Part shown: piece by piece, positions 62,142 to 64,000 of the stretch
Position numbering within the stretch: position 1 is the first letter of the stretch
Layout: every line of letters begins with the position of its first letter
DNA from: the human T2T-CHM13v2.0 reference genome, Homo sapiens
NCBI RefSeq assembly: GCF_009914755.1
Contig: NC_060934.1
Direction: 5' to 3' (one strand)
DNA: 64,000 nucleotides
The notes under the pieces: model-generated
What the model saw: the letters and a program-made list of their open reading frames with translations, nothing else
The model's database searches: none
Told to the model about the DNA's origin: nothing
Program-made: the position numbers and the translations under genes

Positions 62142-62485
62142 CTGTCTTCCAGCATCATCAGGCACTACATAACCACTTTTGGTTAAGGTTGGTCATTGTT
62201 ATTTTTTTTTTTTCTGAGACTCTATATACAGTCACTGGATCACTCTAAATCTCTTCTCTAAATATTTCTCATCCAAATCCATCATGTCTCATCAACACCA
62301 ACTACAACCCTACAGCTGCCTCATAATCCTTAGTCTCCCTGATTCAAACCTCAACTTGGATAATTTTCCATACCAACTATTTGAAAAGCGCAGCTATGCT
62401 CTAGTGATTTCCTTATTTTATCAGCTTTCAATCTAAACCCTTTTGCCCTACATTCAAGACTTCATTTCATTCTTTACTATGGAAA

Positions 62486-62644
62486 TATACACACACACAC
62501 AACATATACATATATACTTAGACACATACACACACAACATCTACACATACACTTAGACACATGCATGCACATACATGTACATATATACTTACACATACAT
62601 ACATGGATGTTCTTACATACACACATATATATGTAGAGAGAGAT
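62486..62644 (+). repeat. Degenerate (CA)/(TA) tract
   Basis: Visible directly in the sequence. Confidence 0.8.
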
Positions 62645-62959
62645 GGAGTTTTGTTTGTGTTTTACATAAAAGGTAACTTAGCCTGTGTCTTATGTTACAT
62701 TTCCCCTTAACTTTCTGTTTTTATGTATTGGGCTGGCTCATTTTTTAAAACAGTGTCTTTCTGATATGCAGGTTTCTGGTTTTGTGCAACTGTCCACTCC
62801 ACTCTACACGAGATATCTGGTTTAGGTTAGATGGACTCAATCCCCTGCCTCTGGAAGGTGGAGTTTGATTTGTCTATACTGGTAATTTTACTTTCATTCC
62901 ACTAATGGAGCCCTGTGCAGCTGTTAACAAAGAATGGGCTGACTTAATAAAGGAAGACA

Positions 62960-63364
62960 TGGCTAGTTAAGGGAAAAAGATGACATACACACATGCTAAA
63001 TTACTACTAGCAGTTATTGACAGAGGCAGGAGGCATAATTTTGATCAGTGGGGTGTAGAGAACTTACAGGAAAGATTTCTTTGTTCTTGAAAAAGAGACA
63101 CAAGGAAGAAACAGCTCCCCTTCTCTGTCTCTGGACTTTGCTGTATCAGACACAATGCATAGAGCTACTGAAGCTCCCTTGTGGTTAGGGAAGTCTTCCT
63201 AAGGACAGAGCCAAGGTGTGTAGGAGGCCAAGCCAGGGCCACTGTGGAACAGGGGCTGAATGCCCAGCCCTTGGACTGTTGTCTTGTGAAAATGCATTTC
63301 CTCAGCCTTGGAGTGGTTGTGGGGCCTTCTGTCACTTGCAGCTGAGCACCTCCTAACCGATGCA
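62960..63364 (+). mobile_element. MLT1J-like MaLR LTR
   Basis: GGAAAGATTTC...AAAAAGAGACACAAGGAAG...CTCTGGAC; end TTCTGTCACTTGCAGCTGAGCACCTCCTAACCGATGCA. Confidence 0.65.
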
Positions 63365-63784
63365 GCTCCTTCACTGTAGTTCCATTTTATCTGCACGAGG
63401 GTCTCTCTCCAGCCTGAGCCTCCTTGATAGTGGTGGTTCCGTGTCACTACTACTAAGAGAGGATTCTTCTCAGACTCTGTGGTACCCTGGAATCCCTTGC
63501 TATATATTTTCGTGCTTTTCTCCACTGTTATGGGATTTTAATGCTGGATTGAGAGAAGCTGTATCATGGACAACCTAATGACATTTTAGGCCAAAATTCC
63601 CATCACATTCTCCTCCTATGTGTCTGCATAAACAAATCCATACTTGTCTTTCATTTCCAAGGTCAGGCCTTACTGCCTCTGAGAAGCCTTCCTTTCCTAT
63701 CCTCTGATAGAATTAAACTTCCTTTTGTGCTATTTTTTTTTCTTAGGAGTACTTGCTTTTCTGTTGTGTAGCATCATTTATTAG

Positions 63785-63997
63785 ACCAAACACTGTAATA
63801 AACTCTTTTCATATACACATCTCATTTAATCTCTAGGACAACCAGTTCAGTTGGTGTAATTATTGACATTTTATAGGTGAGGAAATTGAAGCATAGAAAG
63901 ATTAAGTGACTTTCCCCAAATTACACAGCTAGTAAATGGCAGTGGTGGTATTTGAAACTAGGTCTATCTCACCTGAAAGCTTTACTCTTAACCAACA
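63785..63997 (-). mobile_element. MIR
   Basis: CATTTTATAGGTGAGGAAATTGAAGC...TTAAGTGACTTTCCCCAA...ACACAGCTAGTAAATGGCAG. Confidence 0.88.
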
Positions 63998-64000
63998 TGC

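Overview
Human genomic DNA. The species call rests on a human-specific AluYb8 at 5381-5680. The window is intergenic or deep-intronic and roughly two-thirds transposable-element derived. No protein-coding gene, RNA gene or CpG island is supportable; the ORF track is explained by Alu, L1, MaLR and hAT remnants or by chance. Main contents: a two-LTR MST (MaLR) element; about 14 Alus; a MER2/Tigger3/MER41 nest; a fossil hAT-Charlie transposon split by five later insertions; a convergent pair of near-full-length primate L1s (PA8-like +, PA7-like -); a rare SVA2 retroposon; LTR41 with a consensus CTCF site; several MLT1/MLT2/MST/MER57 LTRs; old L1M/L2/MIR; and STRs. I do not see a new biological system here. 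The most notable signal is that the two inverted L1s share many non-consensus variants in their 3' halves and one carries a mosaic 130-bp triplication, which suggests gene conversion or template switching within an inversion-prone inverted repeat. Family and subfamily names come from recalled consensus sequences, and boundaries of old elements are approximate; confirm with RepeatMasker/Dfam.
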